Source: Thermoanaerobaculia bacterium
GTDB taxonomy: Bacteria > Acidobacteriota > Thermoanaerobaculia > UBA5066
Length of the DNA: 64,000 nt
Direction: 5' to 3'
Assembly (NCBI GenBank): GCA_038245905.1
Contig: JBBRRY010000001.1
Span: 160,001 to 224,000 of the forward strand
How positions within the stretch are numbered: the stretch's first letter is position 1; each line of letters starts with the position of its first letter. Below are positions 19,512 through 29,053 of this stretch, in pieces. Under the pieces are notes generated by a model. It saw only the letters and a list, made by a program, of their open reading frames with translations. It was not told the origin of the DNA and did no database searches. The position numbers and the translations under genes were made by a program.

Positions 19512-20293
19512 AAGTCGTCGTCAAATCGGGAGCGCCGGGCGGGTTCACGGACTACGTCGCGCGATTTTCCGCTGGCCAGCCCATCTTCGAAGAGGGCGAG
19601 GTCGGCAACGAGATGTACGTCATCCAGTCCGGCACGGTCGAGATCTTCAAGCGCGCCAGGCGCGGCGAGGAAAAGCTTCTCGCGACGCTCGAGAAGGGTG
19701 ATTTCTTCGGGGAGATGTCGATTCTCGAGGACGTAGCCCGCACGGCCTCGGCCCGCGCGAAGGCGGACGTCGAGCTCGTCCGGATCAACCAGTCGACGTT
19801 CGACGAGATGCTCCGTCACAACGCGGAGATTGCCGTGCGCATGCTCCGCAAGCTGTCCCGAAGGCTGCGCGAGACGACGAAGCTCCTCGAGCAGTCCACC
19901 GGCGCGGCTCCCGCGCTCGACGAGAGCTCGTCCGACATCTTCGCGAAGGTCTCGGAGCGCCATGACATCTTCCGGCTCGTCGCCGCCGCCGGCGGCGAGG
20001 AGTTCTTCCTGAACCGCGACGGGGAGACCACCGTGGGGCGTGTCGACCCCGTCACGGGAATCAAGCCGGACGTGGACCTCGCAAACCTCGACACGCAGCG
20101 GTCGGTCTCGCGCCGGCACTCGAAGATCGTCCACGAGAAGGGCGAGTTCAGGGTCGTCGAGGAGATCGGCACGATGAACGGCACGTTCGTGAACGGCACG
20201 CGTATCGTCACGGGCCAGCCCGTGACGATCAAGGACGGGGACCGCACGCGCTTCGGGCTCGTGGACCTCACGTTCCGGGTCAGCAAGGCGTAG
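19508..20293 (+). CDS. cyclic nucleotide-binding + FHA domain protein
   Basis: GDFFGEMSIL..RTASA (cNMP); VGR, VSRRH, TMNGTFVNG (FHA). Confidence 0.92.
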   Translation: MKVVVKSGAPGGFTDYVARFSAGQPIFEEGEVGNEMYVIQSGTVEIFKRARRGEEKLLATLEKGDFFGEMSILEDVARTASARAKADVELVRINQSTFDEMLRHNAEIAVRMLRKLSRRLRETTKLLEQSTGAAPALDESSSDIFAKVSERHDIFRLVAAAGGEEFFLNRDGETTVGRVDPVTGIKPDVDLANLDTQRSVSRRHSKIVHEKGEFRVVEEIGTMNGTFVNGTRIVTGQPVTIKDGDRTRFGLVDLTFRVSKA

Positions 20294-20306
20294 GGGGCCC
20301 GTCCCG

Positions 20307-22412
20307 CTGCTCCCTTCTCTTCCATCGCTTGCCAGCCTGCCCGGCATCGGCCCCGCGCGGGCGAAGGAGCTGGCCGAAGCCGGGGTCGAGACGGCGCTCG
20401 ATCTCCTCCTTCACCTCCCGTTCCGCTACGAGGACCGCACCCGGATCGGGCGCATCGCCGATCTCGTTCCCGAGGGCCCCGCCACGACGGTAAAGGGCGA
20501 GGTTCTCTCCGCGAAACTCATCCGCACCCGTCGCCGCGGCTTCACGATCTTCGAGGCGATCCTCGACGACGGCTCGGGTCCTCTCAGAATCATCTTCTTC
20601 AACCAGCCCTACCTTCAGCGGTGGATGCTGCCGAAGAAGGTCTTCTGGGTTTACGGGGCTCCGACGCAGGCGGCGCGCTATCGGCGCGGGCTCGTCATGG
20701 AGAACCCGCAGATAGAAGAGTTCCTAGAAGGTGAAGAGGGGCGGGACCCCCTCAGCGTCGGCCGGGTCGTTCCCATTTACCGCAAGCTGCCGGGCCTGAC
20801 GCCCCGTGCACGCCGCACGGTCGTCTTCCACCTTATAAGAGACTTTGCAGACCACCTCCCCGAGCGTATGCCTCCGTCGAAGCGGGAGGGTCCGAAGCTG
20901 CCCGCTCTTTCCGAATCCCTCCAAGAAGCCCACTTCCCGGGCAGCAGCGGCGGGCCCGCCGACGCCTCGCCCTGGACCGAACGCACCTCGCCCTACCTCC
21001 ACCGCCTCGTGTACGAGGAGTTCCTCGAGTTCCAGGTAGGCCTTCAGCGGCGGCGCCGGGCGCGTGCGGCCGACCCGGCGCCCGTGCTCGCCGCGGACGA
21101 CGCCATTCGCGCGCGGCTCAAGGCGCTCCTCCCGTTCGCGCTCACCGGGGCGCAGAAGCGGGTGATCCGGGAGATCGGCGAGGACTTCCGGCGCGGCAGG
21201 CCGATGCGGCGGCTTCTCCAGGGCGACGTCGGGAGCGGCAAGACGATCGTCGCGGTGCTCTCGGCCGTGCTCGCCGCCGCGTGCGGGTACCAGACCGCGC
21301 TCATGGCACCAACCGAAATCCTCGCCGAGCAGCACGCGGCGACGATCTTCCGCCTGCTCGCGCAGTCGGGGCTCGTGCCCGCGCTCCTCACGGGTCGCGT
21401 CAAGGGAAAGGCCCGCGTCGCGCTTCTGGACCAGCTCGCGGGCGGGCGCGTCAACCTCCTCATCGGGACACACGCGCTCCTGGAAGATCCCGTGGCGTTT
21501 CTGCGGCTCGGACTCGTCGTCATCGACGAGCAGCATCGGTTCGGGGTGGCCCAGCGCACGGCGCTCGCGGCGAAAGCCGTCACGTCAGGCCGAAAGCCGC
21601 ACCTCCTCGTGATGTCCGCGACGCCGATCCCGCGCTCCCTGGCGCTCACGCTGTACGGCGATCTCGACGTGTCGACGCTCGACGAGAAGCCGCCCGGGCG
21701 GACTCCGGTGGCGACGCGCATTCTCCCGGAGTCCGAGCGTGGCGTCGTGTTCCGTGAGATCGAGGCCGAGATCCGGGCCGGGGGCCAGGCCTACGTCGTC
21801 GTTCCCCTCATCGAGGAGTCGGACAAGATCGAGGCGCGCGCGGTCGAAAAGCACGTCGAGGAGATCCGCCGGGCGCTGCGAGGGAGACGCGTCGGGGTCG
21901 TGCATGGCCGCATCCCGCCCGACGAGCGCGAACGAACGATGGGGGAGTTCGCGGCCGGCCGGCTCGATGTCCTCGCGGCGACCACCGTGATCGAGGTCGG
22001 CGTCGACGTGCCGAACGCCTCCTACATGCTGATCGAGAACGCCGAACGCTTCGGTCTCGCCCAGCTCCACCAGCTGCGCGGCCGCGTCGGGCGGGGACGA
22101 CGCGCCTCGCGCTGCGTGCTGCTGTTCGGCCCGGGGATCTCGCCGGAGTCGCGCGAGCGGCTCGCCGTTCTCGAGAGGACGGACGACGGATTCGTCGTGG
22201 CCGAAGAGGACCTGAAGCGCCGCGGCCCAGGCGACGCGCTCGGGACCCGCCAGAGCGGTATCCCGCTTTTCCGGGTCGGCGACCTGATCCGGGACCTGAA
22301 GTGGATGAAACTGGCGCGCGACGAAGCGAGTCGAATGCTCGCGGACGGCACGGACGCGCCGTTCCGCAACGCGCTCTTTCTCCGGGCGGCCGACCTGCCG
22401 GCAGGCGACTGA
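20307..22412 (+). CDS. recG: ATP-dependent DNA helicase RecG (inferred CTG start at 20307)
   Basis: LPGIGPARA, LPFRYEDR upstream and in frame; QGDVGSGKT, DEQHRFG, SATPIPR, QLRGRVGRG. Confidence 0.95.
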   Translation: MLPSLPSLASLPGIGPARAKELAEAGVETALDLLLHLPFRYEDRTRIGRIADLVPEGPATTVKGEVLSAKLIRTRRRGFTIFEAILDDGSGPLRIIFFNQPYLQRWMLPKKVFWVYGAPTQAARYRRGLVMENPQIEEFLEGEEGRDPLSVGRVVPIYRKLPGLTPRARRTVVFHLIRDFADHLPERMPPSKREGPKLPALSESLQEAHFPGSSGGPADASPWTERTSPYLHRLVYEEFLEFQVGLQRRRRARAADPAPVLAADDAIRARLKALLPFALTGAQKRVIREIGEDFRRGRPMRRLLQGDVGSGKTIVAVLSAVLAAACGYQTALMAPTEILAEQHAATIFRLLAQSGLVPALLTGRVKGKARVALLDQLAGGRVNLLIGTHALLEDPVAFLRLGLVVIDEQHRFGVAQRTALAAKAVTSGRKPHLLVMSATPIPRSLALTLYGDLDVSTLDEKPPGRTPVATRILPESERGVVFREIEAEIRAGGQAYVVVPLIEESDKIEARAVEKHVEEIRRALRGRRVGVVHGRIPPDERERTMGEFAAGRLDVLAATTVIEVGVDVPNASYMLIENAERFGLAQLHQLRGRVGRGRRASRCVLLFGPGISPESRERLAVLERTDDGFVVAEEDLKRRGPGDALGTRQSGIPLFRVGDLIRDLKWMKLARDEASRMLADGTDAPFRNALFLRAADLPAGD

Positions 22413-22452
22413 TGCCCCTCTCGTTCCGGGTTAACATCTCGGGCCGCGCGGT

Positions 22453-23115
22453 GTGACCGCGCTCGAAGGCGCCGTGGACCCGCAAAAAACCCTCGAAATC
22501 GTCATCCAGATCGTCGTGCTTCTGTTCGCCGTCTCGTTCCACGAGTCGGCCCACGGTTACGTGGCGATGAAGTGCGGCGACAACACGGCGCGCGACCTGG
22601 GGCGGATCACCATGAACCCGCTGAAGCACCTGGACCCGATCGGCAGCCTCTTATTCCCGGCGATGCTCGCGTTCTCGGGCCTGCCCGTCTTCGGCTGGGC
22701 GCGCCCCGTTCCGGTCTCGCTCAGGGGCGTCCCGAATCCGCGGCGGGCCAACCTCCTCGTCTCGGCCGCGGGGCCGCTCTCGAACCTCCTCCTGGCCATC
22801 GTGTTCGCGGCGGGCTTCGCGCTCATCAAGGGCATCGAGGTGCCTTCGAAGGCGAGCCCCCTCTACCCGCTGTCGCTGATTTTCGCGCTCTCGGTCCTCG
22901 TGAACGTCTCGCTGGCGATCTTCAATCTCCTGCCGATCCCGCCGCTGGACGGGTTCGGCGTCGTCGAGAGCCTCGCGCCGGCGTCCGCGCTGCCCGCCAT
23001 CATCTGGATGAGGCGATTCGGCTTCATCATCCTCGTCGTCGCGATGTTCACGGGCGCCCTCGGTTTCATCATGCGGCCCGTGCAGAACCTCGTGATCACC
23101 TGGCTGAGATCCTGA
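22453..23115 (+). CDS. site-2 protease family (M50)
   Basis: HESAH, AGPLSN, FNLLPIPPLDG. Confidence 0.93.
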   Translation: MTALEGAVDPQKTLEIVIQIVVLLFAVSFHESAHGYVAMKCGDNTARDLGRITMNPLKHLDPIGSLLFPAMLAFSGLPVFGWARPVPVSLRGVPNPRRANLLVSAAGPLSNLLLAIVFAAGFALIKGIEVPSKASPLYPLSLIFALSVLVNVSLAIFNLLPIPPLDGFGVVESLAPASALPAIIWMRRFGFIILVVAMFTGALGFIMRPVQNLVITWLRS

Positions 23116-24110
23116 TGTCTTCCTCTTCGAGGCAAATCGTTCTTTCCGGCCTGCGTCCCACGGGTCGCGTCCACCTCGGCAACTACTGGGGCGCCGTCAA
23201 GAACTGGGTCGACCTCCAGGAGACCTACGACTGCCGCTACTTCGTCGCCGATCTGCACGCGCTCACGACCGACTACGCCGACGCCTCCCAGATTCGGCAG
23301 GCCTCGCTGGATGCCGCGACGGACTGGCTGTCGGTCGGCCTCGATCCGGAGAAATCCGTCATCTTCGTGCAGTCGCGCGTCCCGCAGACGGCGGAGCTGG
23401 CGCTCGTCTTCGGGATGATCACGCCCCTCGGCTGGCTCGAGCGCGTGCCGACTTACAAGGAGCAGATCGAGCAGCTCCGGGAGCGCGACCTCGGGACTTT
23501 CGGGTTTCTCGGATATCCAGTTCTCATGACCGCCGATATCGCGCTCTATCGCGCGCACTTCGTGCCTGTCGGCAAGGACCAGGAGAGCCATCTCGAGATC
23601 TGCCGCGAGATCGTCCGGCGCTTCAACGGCTTCTACGGCGACGTCTTCCCCGAGCCGCGGGCGCTCTTCACCCAGACCCCGAAGGTGCCGGGCCTCGACG
23701 GCCGGAAGATGTCGAAGAGCTACGGAAACACGATCGCCCTCTCCGACCCGGCGGCCGACGTCGAGAAGAAGGTCATGGGCATGGTCACGGACCCGGGCCG
23801 CGCGCGCCGGTCCGACCCGGGGAATCCCGACGTCTGCAATCTCTATCCGTTCCACATCCTCTACTCGCCGCCCGAAGAGCAGAAGCAGGTGGATCTCGAG
23901 TGCCGTACGGCGGCGCGCGGCTGCGTGGACTGCAAGAAGCACCTCATCCGCAACATGAATGCCGCGTTGGAGCCGATCCGCCAGAAGCGCGCCGAGATCC
24001 TGGCGAAACCGGGCTATGTGAGGGACGTGCTCGAAACGGGAAACGAAAGAGCGAGAAATATTGCTTCGGAAACGATGGAGACAGTCTCCGACGCAATGGG
24101 GTTGCTGTGA
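23115..24110 (+). CDS. trpS: tryptophan--tRNA ligase
   Basis: SGLRPTGRVHLGNY, YPVLMTADI, VPVGKDQ, KMSKS. Confidence 0.97.
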   Translation: MSSSSRQIVLSGLRPTGRVHLGNYWGAVKNWVDLQETYDCRYFVADLHALTTDYADASQIRQASLDAATDWLSVGLDPEKSVIFVQSRVPQTAELALVFGMITPLGWLERVPTYKEQIEQLRERDLGTFGFLGYPVLMTADIALYRAHFVPVGKDQESHLEICREIVRRFNGFYGDVFPEPRALFTQTPKVPGLDGRKMSKSYGNTIALSDPAADVEKKVMGMVTDPGRARRSDPGNPDVCNLYPFHILYSPPEEQKQVDLECRTAARGCVDCKKHLIRNMNAALEPIRQKRAEILAKPGYVRDVLETGNERARNIASETMETVSDAMGLL

Positions 24111-24155
24111 GAGCCGTCGTTCTTCACCTTCTAAGAAATCTTCGGTCGTTCTTCC

Positions 24156-24968
24156 ATGGCTGAAGGCATTCGCATCCCAGTCCCCGCCGGCGCGGACCTC
24201 ATGCAGCCCTACCCGGTGAAGCTGCCGATGTTCGAGGGGCCGCTCGATCTCCTCCTCCATCTCATCCGCAAGAACGAGGTGGACCTCCGAAACCTCCCGG
24301 TGGCCGATATCTGCCGGCAGTACCACGAGTACATCGTCCTCATGGTCGAGCTCGACCTCGAGGTCGCGGCCGAGTTCCTGTACGTCGAAGCGATGCTTCT
24401 CCACATCAAGTCGCAGCTCGTGCTCCCACGGGCGGCCGCCGTGGAGGGCGAGCCCCTCGAGGATCCGCGCGACGAGCTCGTGAGGCGTCTCCTCGAGTAC
24501 CGCAAGTACAAAGGCGTCGCCGAGTCGCTGCACGAGATGGAGGCCGTCCGCCTTGGCCTCTGGAGCCGGCCGCCGACGAGGGTCGAGGTAGGGGGAGGGG
24601 AAGCCGAGGAGACCGACCTCTCAGAGGTCTCCCTTTTCGATCTCCTGGCCTTCTTCAAGGGTGCCGTCGACCGATACCGCGCCCAGCATCCGCCATCGAT
24701 GGAGATCGCCCACCAGAAGTTCTCCATCAAGGAGAAGATGGAGCAGATGCTCGCGCGCATCAAGGCCGGGACCGGCAACGTACCGCTTTCGGAAGTGTTC
24801 CGCGGCCTCTCGGGACGCGGCGAGGCGATTGCCATCTTCCTCGCCGTCCTCGAGCTCCTGAGGCTCCGCGTCGTCCGCGCGCGCCAGGACGGCGAATTCA
24901 ACGAGATTTATCTGGACCCGACGGGTGAGTCGGCATCGCTCGAGGGCTACGAGGAGGCCTACCGGTGA
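24156..24968 (+). CDS. scpA: segregation and condensation protein A
   Basis: FEGPLDLLLHLI, FLAVLEL. Confidence 0.95.
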   Translation: MAEGIRIPVPAGADLMQPYPVKLPMFEGPLDLLLHLIRKNEVDLRNLPVADICRQYHEYIVLMVELDLEVAAEFLYVEAMLLHIKSQLVLPRAAAVEGEPLEDPRDELVRRLLEYRKYKGVAESLHEMEAVRLGLWSRPPTRVEVGGGEAEETDLSEVSLFDLLAFFKGAVDRYRAQHPPSMEIAHQKFSIKEKMEQMLARIKAGTGNVPLSEVFRGLSGRGEAIAIFLAVLELLRLRVVRARQDGEFNEIYLDPTGESASLEGYEEAYR

Positions 24969-25585
24969 CCACGCATGTGGCGCTCCTCGAGGCCCTCCTC
25001 TTCGCGTCCGGGAAGTCCGCGACCGTCGAGCGTCTCGCCGAGGCCGCGGAAATCACGAAGGAAGAGGTCGAAGCCGCCCTCGACGCGCTCGAGAGCGCCT
25101 GCGAGGCCGAAGGGCGGGGCGTACGCGTGGACCGCGTCGCCGGTGGCGCGCGCCTCGTGTCGCGCAACGAGTACGACCTGCCCGTCCGAAGCCTCCTCGG
25201 GCTCGAGGGCAAGAACAAGCTCTCGATCCCGAGCCTCGAGGTGCTGTCGATCGTGGCGTACCGGCAGCCGGTCACGGCGCCCGAGATCGCGGAGCTTCGC
25301 GGCGTGAGCTCGGCGTCCTCGCTGCGCACCCTCCTCGACAAGAAGCTCATCACGACGGCCGGCCGCAAGGAAGTCGTCGGGACCCCGTTCCTGTACAAGA
25401 CGACGAAAGAGTTCCTCGTGCACTTCGGCCTGGCCGACCTGAAGGACCTCCCGCGCCCGGAGGACCTCGACGCGCTTTATGGGGTCGAGACGAATACGGC
25501 GCAGACCGAGCTGTTTCCGGAGCAGAATTCTGCTGAAGAAGAGAAGGAAACAGGAATAGATAGAGAGAAAGAGGAAGATTCTTAG
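24965..25585 (+). CDS. scpB: segregation and condensation protein B
   Basis: LEALLF, LEVLSIVAYRQPVT, LYKTTKEFLVHFGL. Confidence 0.95.
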   Translation: MTTHVALLEALLFASGKSATVERLAEAAEITKEEVEAALDALESACEAEGRGVRVDRVAGGARLVSRNEYDLPVRSLLGLEGKNKLSIPSLEVLSIVAYRQPVTAPEIAELRGVSSASSLRTLLDKKLITTAGRKEVVGTPFLYKTTKEFLVHFGLADLKDLPRPEDLDALYGVETNTAQTELFPEQNSAEEEKETGIDREKEEDS

Positions 25586-25640
25586 AATGGTTAATTCCCT
25601 TCCCTCTTCTAAGCAAATCTTTCTTTCTCTTTTCCTATTT
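25536..25640. repeat. inverted pair of the dispersed TTCTWAGAA motif with purine-rich left and pyrimidine-rich right flanks
   Basis: GAAGATTCTTAGAA (25574) ... TTCTAAGCAAATCTTTC (25608). Confidence 0.8.
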
Positions 25641-25651
25641 GGACGTGTGCC

Positions 25652-26479
25652 ATGACCGCTGAGCGTCTCCAGAAGATTCTTTCCGCCGCCGGCATCGCCT
25701 CGCGGCGTGCGGCCGAACAGATCATCCTCGAGGGCCGCGTCACGGTGAACGGCCACAAGGTGAAGGAGCTCGGCGTCAAGGCCGACATCACGAAGGATCA
25801 CGTCAAGGTGGATGGAAAGCTCGTGCGCATCGCGGTCGCGCGGCGCTACATCCTCATGAACAAGCCCAGGGGTCTCATCGTCACGCGCGAAGACCCGGGC
25901 GGCATTCCGACCGTCTTCGAGCTCCTGAAAGGCCGCGTGGGGGAGCGTGTCGTGGCCGTGGGACGGCTCGACGTGGAATCCGAAGGGCTCCTTATCCTCA
26001 CGGATGACGGCCCGCTCGTGCACAAGCTGACGCATCCGTCCGGCGGCTGCCGCAAGGAATACGAGGTCAAGGTTTCCGGCGTGCCGACGCCCGCGCAGCT
26101 GGAAAGGCTTCGGCGAGGCGTCACGCTTCCCGACGACGGCGCGCGGACGTCGCCCGCCGACATCGAGCTCGAGAAGACGACTCCGGAGAAGAACGGAGCC
26201 GGCGGAAACGCGTGGCTCAAGGTGACTCTTGGCGAGGGACGCTCGCGGCAGGTGCGTCGCATGTTCGACCTCGTCGGGCATCCCGTGACGAAGCTCCGCC
26301 GGGTCGCGATCGGCCCGATCCGCGATGCGAAACTCCCGCCCGGCGCCTTCCGCGACCTGTCGCCCGAAGAAATAATGGCGCTGCGCGCGATCCGGCCGGC
26401 GCCGCCGCGCCCGCGGATTGCACGTCATCGGACACACGGAGCGCGGGGGTCCGCTACGCCGACGAGAACCGGGGCTTGA
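25652..26479 (+). CDS. rluB: RsuA/RluB-family pseudouridine synthase
   Basis: ERLQKILSAAGIASRR (S4), VGRLD, EGRSRQVRRM; follows scpAB. Confidence 0.88.
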   Translation: MTAERLQKILSAAGIASRRAAEQIILEGRVTVNGHKVKELGVKADITKDHVKVDGKLVRIAVARRYILMNKPRGLIVTREDPGGIPTVFELLKGRVGERVVAVGRLDVESEGLLILTDDGPLVHKLTHPSGGCRKEYEVKVSGVPTPAQLERLRRGVTLPDDGARTSPADIELEKTTPEKNGAGGNAWLKVTLGEGRSRQVRRMFDLVGHPVTKLRRVAIGPIRDAKLPPGAFRDLSPEEIMALRAIRPAPPRPRIARHRTHGARGSATPTRTGA

Positions 26480-27162
26480 AGGCGCTCGTCGTCGCGATCG
26501 ACGGGCCCTCCGGAGTGGGGAAGTCCACGGTCGGCAAGGCGCTCGCCGCCCGCCTCGGCGTGCCCTACCTGGACACGGGTGCGATGTACCGTGCGGTCGG
26601 ACTCGCCGTGAAACGAAAGGGGATCGCCCTTCCTCTCGAGGACCCCGCCGCCGTCGTCGGCATCGCCTCGGGTGTGGACGTCCGCGTGACCGGGAGCGCG
26701 GAAGACGCGCGGACGTGGCTGAACGGGGAGGACGTCTCGAAGGAGATCCGGACGCCCGAGATCTCGAAGTACGCGTCGGCCGTTTCCGCCCTGCCGGGAG
26801 TCCGGCGCCGGCTCGCTGGCATGCAGCGCAGCCTCGCGCTGGAAGGGGGCGGCGTGCTCGAGGGCCGGGACATCGGCACGAAGGTCGTTCCCGAAACGCC
26901 GCACAAGTTCTTTCTCACAGCTTCCCCTGCCGTGCGGGCCCACCGCCGCTTCGCGGAGCTGTCGGCGAAGAACTCGCTCGAGACATACGAGCAGGTCCTC
27001 GCGGACATGGAAGCGCGGGACCATGCGGACGCGACGCGAGCCGACTCGCCCCTCACGGACGACGGGACGTACGCCCGGCTGGACACGTCGGAGCTCTCGG
27101 TAGCGGAAGTCGTGGAGCGAGTGCTTTTGGCCGTCGAACGACCGGTTACGCCGGCCGGTTGA
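26476..27162 (+). CDS. cmk: cytidylate kinase
   Basis: IDGPSGVGKST, DTGAMYR, EGRDIGT; TTGA overlap. Confidence 0.96.
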   Translation: MKALVVAIDGPSGVGKSTVGKALAARLGVPYLDTGAMYRAVGLAVKRKGIALPLEDPAAVVGIASGVDVRVTGSAEDARTWLNGEDVSKEIRTPEISKYASAVSALPGVRRRLAGMQRSLALEGGGVLEGRDIGTKVVPETPHKFFLTASPAVRAHRRFAELSAKNSLETYEQVLADMEARDHADATRADSPLTDDGTYARLDTSELSVAEVVERVLLAVERPVTPAG

Positions 27163-27268
27163 CCGGCCTCCCCCCGCCCGTCTAACATCAAGGGTTCCGG
27201 TCGCTTATGCGTTTGCCACGAGGCGATCCAGGCGATCCAATATCAAGCCCGCGAAGGAGCACGCGTAC

Positions 27269-29014
27269 ATGTCGCCAAGGGACCCGAAGAACGACGGTGG
27301 CCAGATGGCCGATGAGGGCGCGCAGGACGGAGAGTTTGCGCGTCTTCTCGCCGAGAGCGAGCGCTCGCTCAAGGAGGGAGAGCTCATCCGGGGCCGTGTG
27401 CTTCAGGTGACTGCCGACGAGATCCTCGTCGACATCGGCTACAAGTCGGAAGGGATGATTCCCCGCTCCGAGTTCCAGCACATGCCGGCCGACCGCCTTC
27501 CCCATCCGGGACAGGAGATCGAGGCCGTGCTCGAGCGCACCGAGGGGCCCAACGGCTACGTCGTTCTCTCCTACGAGAAGGCCCGCCGCGGGAAGGCGTG
27601 GGATGTGGTCGAACAGGCGTTCGCCACGAATTCGTCCGTCAAGGGGCGCGTCCTCGAGCGCGTGAAGGGGGGCCTTTCCGTCGACATCGGCGTCCGCGCT
27701 TTCCTGCCGGGCTCGATCGCCGACTCGCGCCCTCTCAAGAACCTGGACGTCCTCAAGGGGCGCGAGCTCGAGTTTCGGGTCGTCTCGCTCGACAAGAAGC
27801 GCGGCAACATCGTGTTGTCGCGCAAGGCGATCCTCGACGAGGTCGCCGAGGTCAAGAAGAAGGAAGCCTCCGAGGCCCTCGCGGACGGCCGCGTTCTCAA
27901 GGGTGTCGTCAAGAATCTCACCGACTACGGGGCATTCGTGGACCTGGGCGGAATCGACGGCCTCCTCCATGTGACCGACATGACGTGGGGCCGCCTCGCG
28001 CACCCCTCGGACGCCGTGCACGTGGGACAGGAAGTCGACGTGAGGGTCCTTCGCTTCGAGGAAGCGACGGGCCGTATTTCCCTCGGTATGAAGCAGCTGA
28101 AGCCCGACCCGTGGCACGACCTGCCGGCCCACTATCCGGTGGGAGCCCGCGTCCGCGGCAAGGTCGTCTCCCTGACCGACTACGGCGCCTTCGTCGAGCT
28201 CGAGGAGGGCGTCGAGGGCCTCATCCACGTCTCCGAGATGTCGTGGACGAAACGAGTCAAGAACCCCTCGAAGCTCCTGAACGTGGGCGACACGATCGAG
28301 GCCGTCATCGCGGACGTGAATCCCGAGACGCGCCGACTGTCCCTCTCGCTCCGCGCGACGGAACCGAACCCGTGGGAGCAGCTCGCCGAGAAGTTCCACA
28401 TCGGCGACCGCATCACGGGCACGGTCCGCAATCTCACGGACTTCGGCGCCTTCGTCGAGATCGAGGAGGGGATCGACGGTCTCATCCACGTCTCCGACAT
28501 GTCCTGGGGCCGCCGCGTGAAGCACCCGTCCGAGGTCCTGAAGAAGGGCGACGAGGTGCAGGCCGTGCTCACGGCGATCGACGTCGAGAACCGCCGAATC
28601 AGCCTGTCGATCAAGGAATTCCGCCCGAACGAGTGGGAGGAATTCTCCGCGAAGCACCAGCCCGGAGACGTCGTCGACGGCACCGTGGCGAAGGTGGCCG
28701 AGTTCGGCGTCTTCGTGCGGCTGCCCGAAGGCCTCGAGGGCCTGATGCACGTCTCCGAAACGCCGCTCGCGCGTGGAGAGAAGCCGGCATCGCACTATGA
28801 GGAAGGCGACGCCGTTCGCGTCCGCGTCCTCCGGATCGAGCCGGCCGAGCAGCGCATCGGTCTTTCGTCCCGCGACGTGGAGCAGCCCGCGAGAAACGAG
28901 ACCCATGCGCCGGACGAGGACGTGGCGACCGAGCCCAAGGAAAGCATGGCGGAACACACGACGGCGGAGGCGGCCGAAAAAGCCGTTCCGGCCGGAACCG
29001 ATCCGCACGAGTAA
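27269..29014 (+). CDS. rpsA: 30S ribosomal protein S1
   Basis: Repeated S1 domains (DYGAFV..GLIHVS); AAGGAG RBS; follows cmk. Confidence 0.97.
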   Translation: MSPRDPKNDGGQMADEGAQDGEFARLLAESERSLKEGELIRGRVLQVTADEILVDIGYKSEGMIPRSEFQHMPADRLPHPGQEIEAVLERTEGPNGYVVLSYEKARRGKAWDVVEQAFATNSSVKGRVLERVKGGLSVDIGVRAFLPGSIADSRPLKNLDVLKGRELEFRVVSLDKKRGNIVLSRKAILDEVAEVKKKEASEALADGRVLKGVVKNLTDYGAFVDLGGIDGLLHVTDMTWGRLAHPSDAVHVGQEVDVRVLRFEEATGRISLGMKQLKPDPWHDLPAHYPVGARVRGKVVSLTDYGAFVELEEGVEGLIHVSEMSWTKRVKNPSKLLNVGDTIEAVIADVNPETRRLSLSLRATEPNPWEQLAEKFHIGDRITGTVRNLTDFGAFVEIEEGIDGLIHVSDMSWGRRVKHPSEVLKKGDEVQAVLTAIDVENRRISLSIKEFRPNEWEEFSAKHQPGDVVDGTVAKVAEFGVFVRLPEGLEGLMHVSETPLARGEKPASHYEEGDAVRVRVLRIEPAEQRIGLSSRDVEQPARNETHAPDEDVATEPKESMAEHTTAEAAEKAVPAGTDPHE

Positions 29015-29053
29015 CCAGGAGCGGATCATGACCGGCGTCCGGGGATTGACCGC

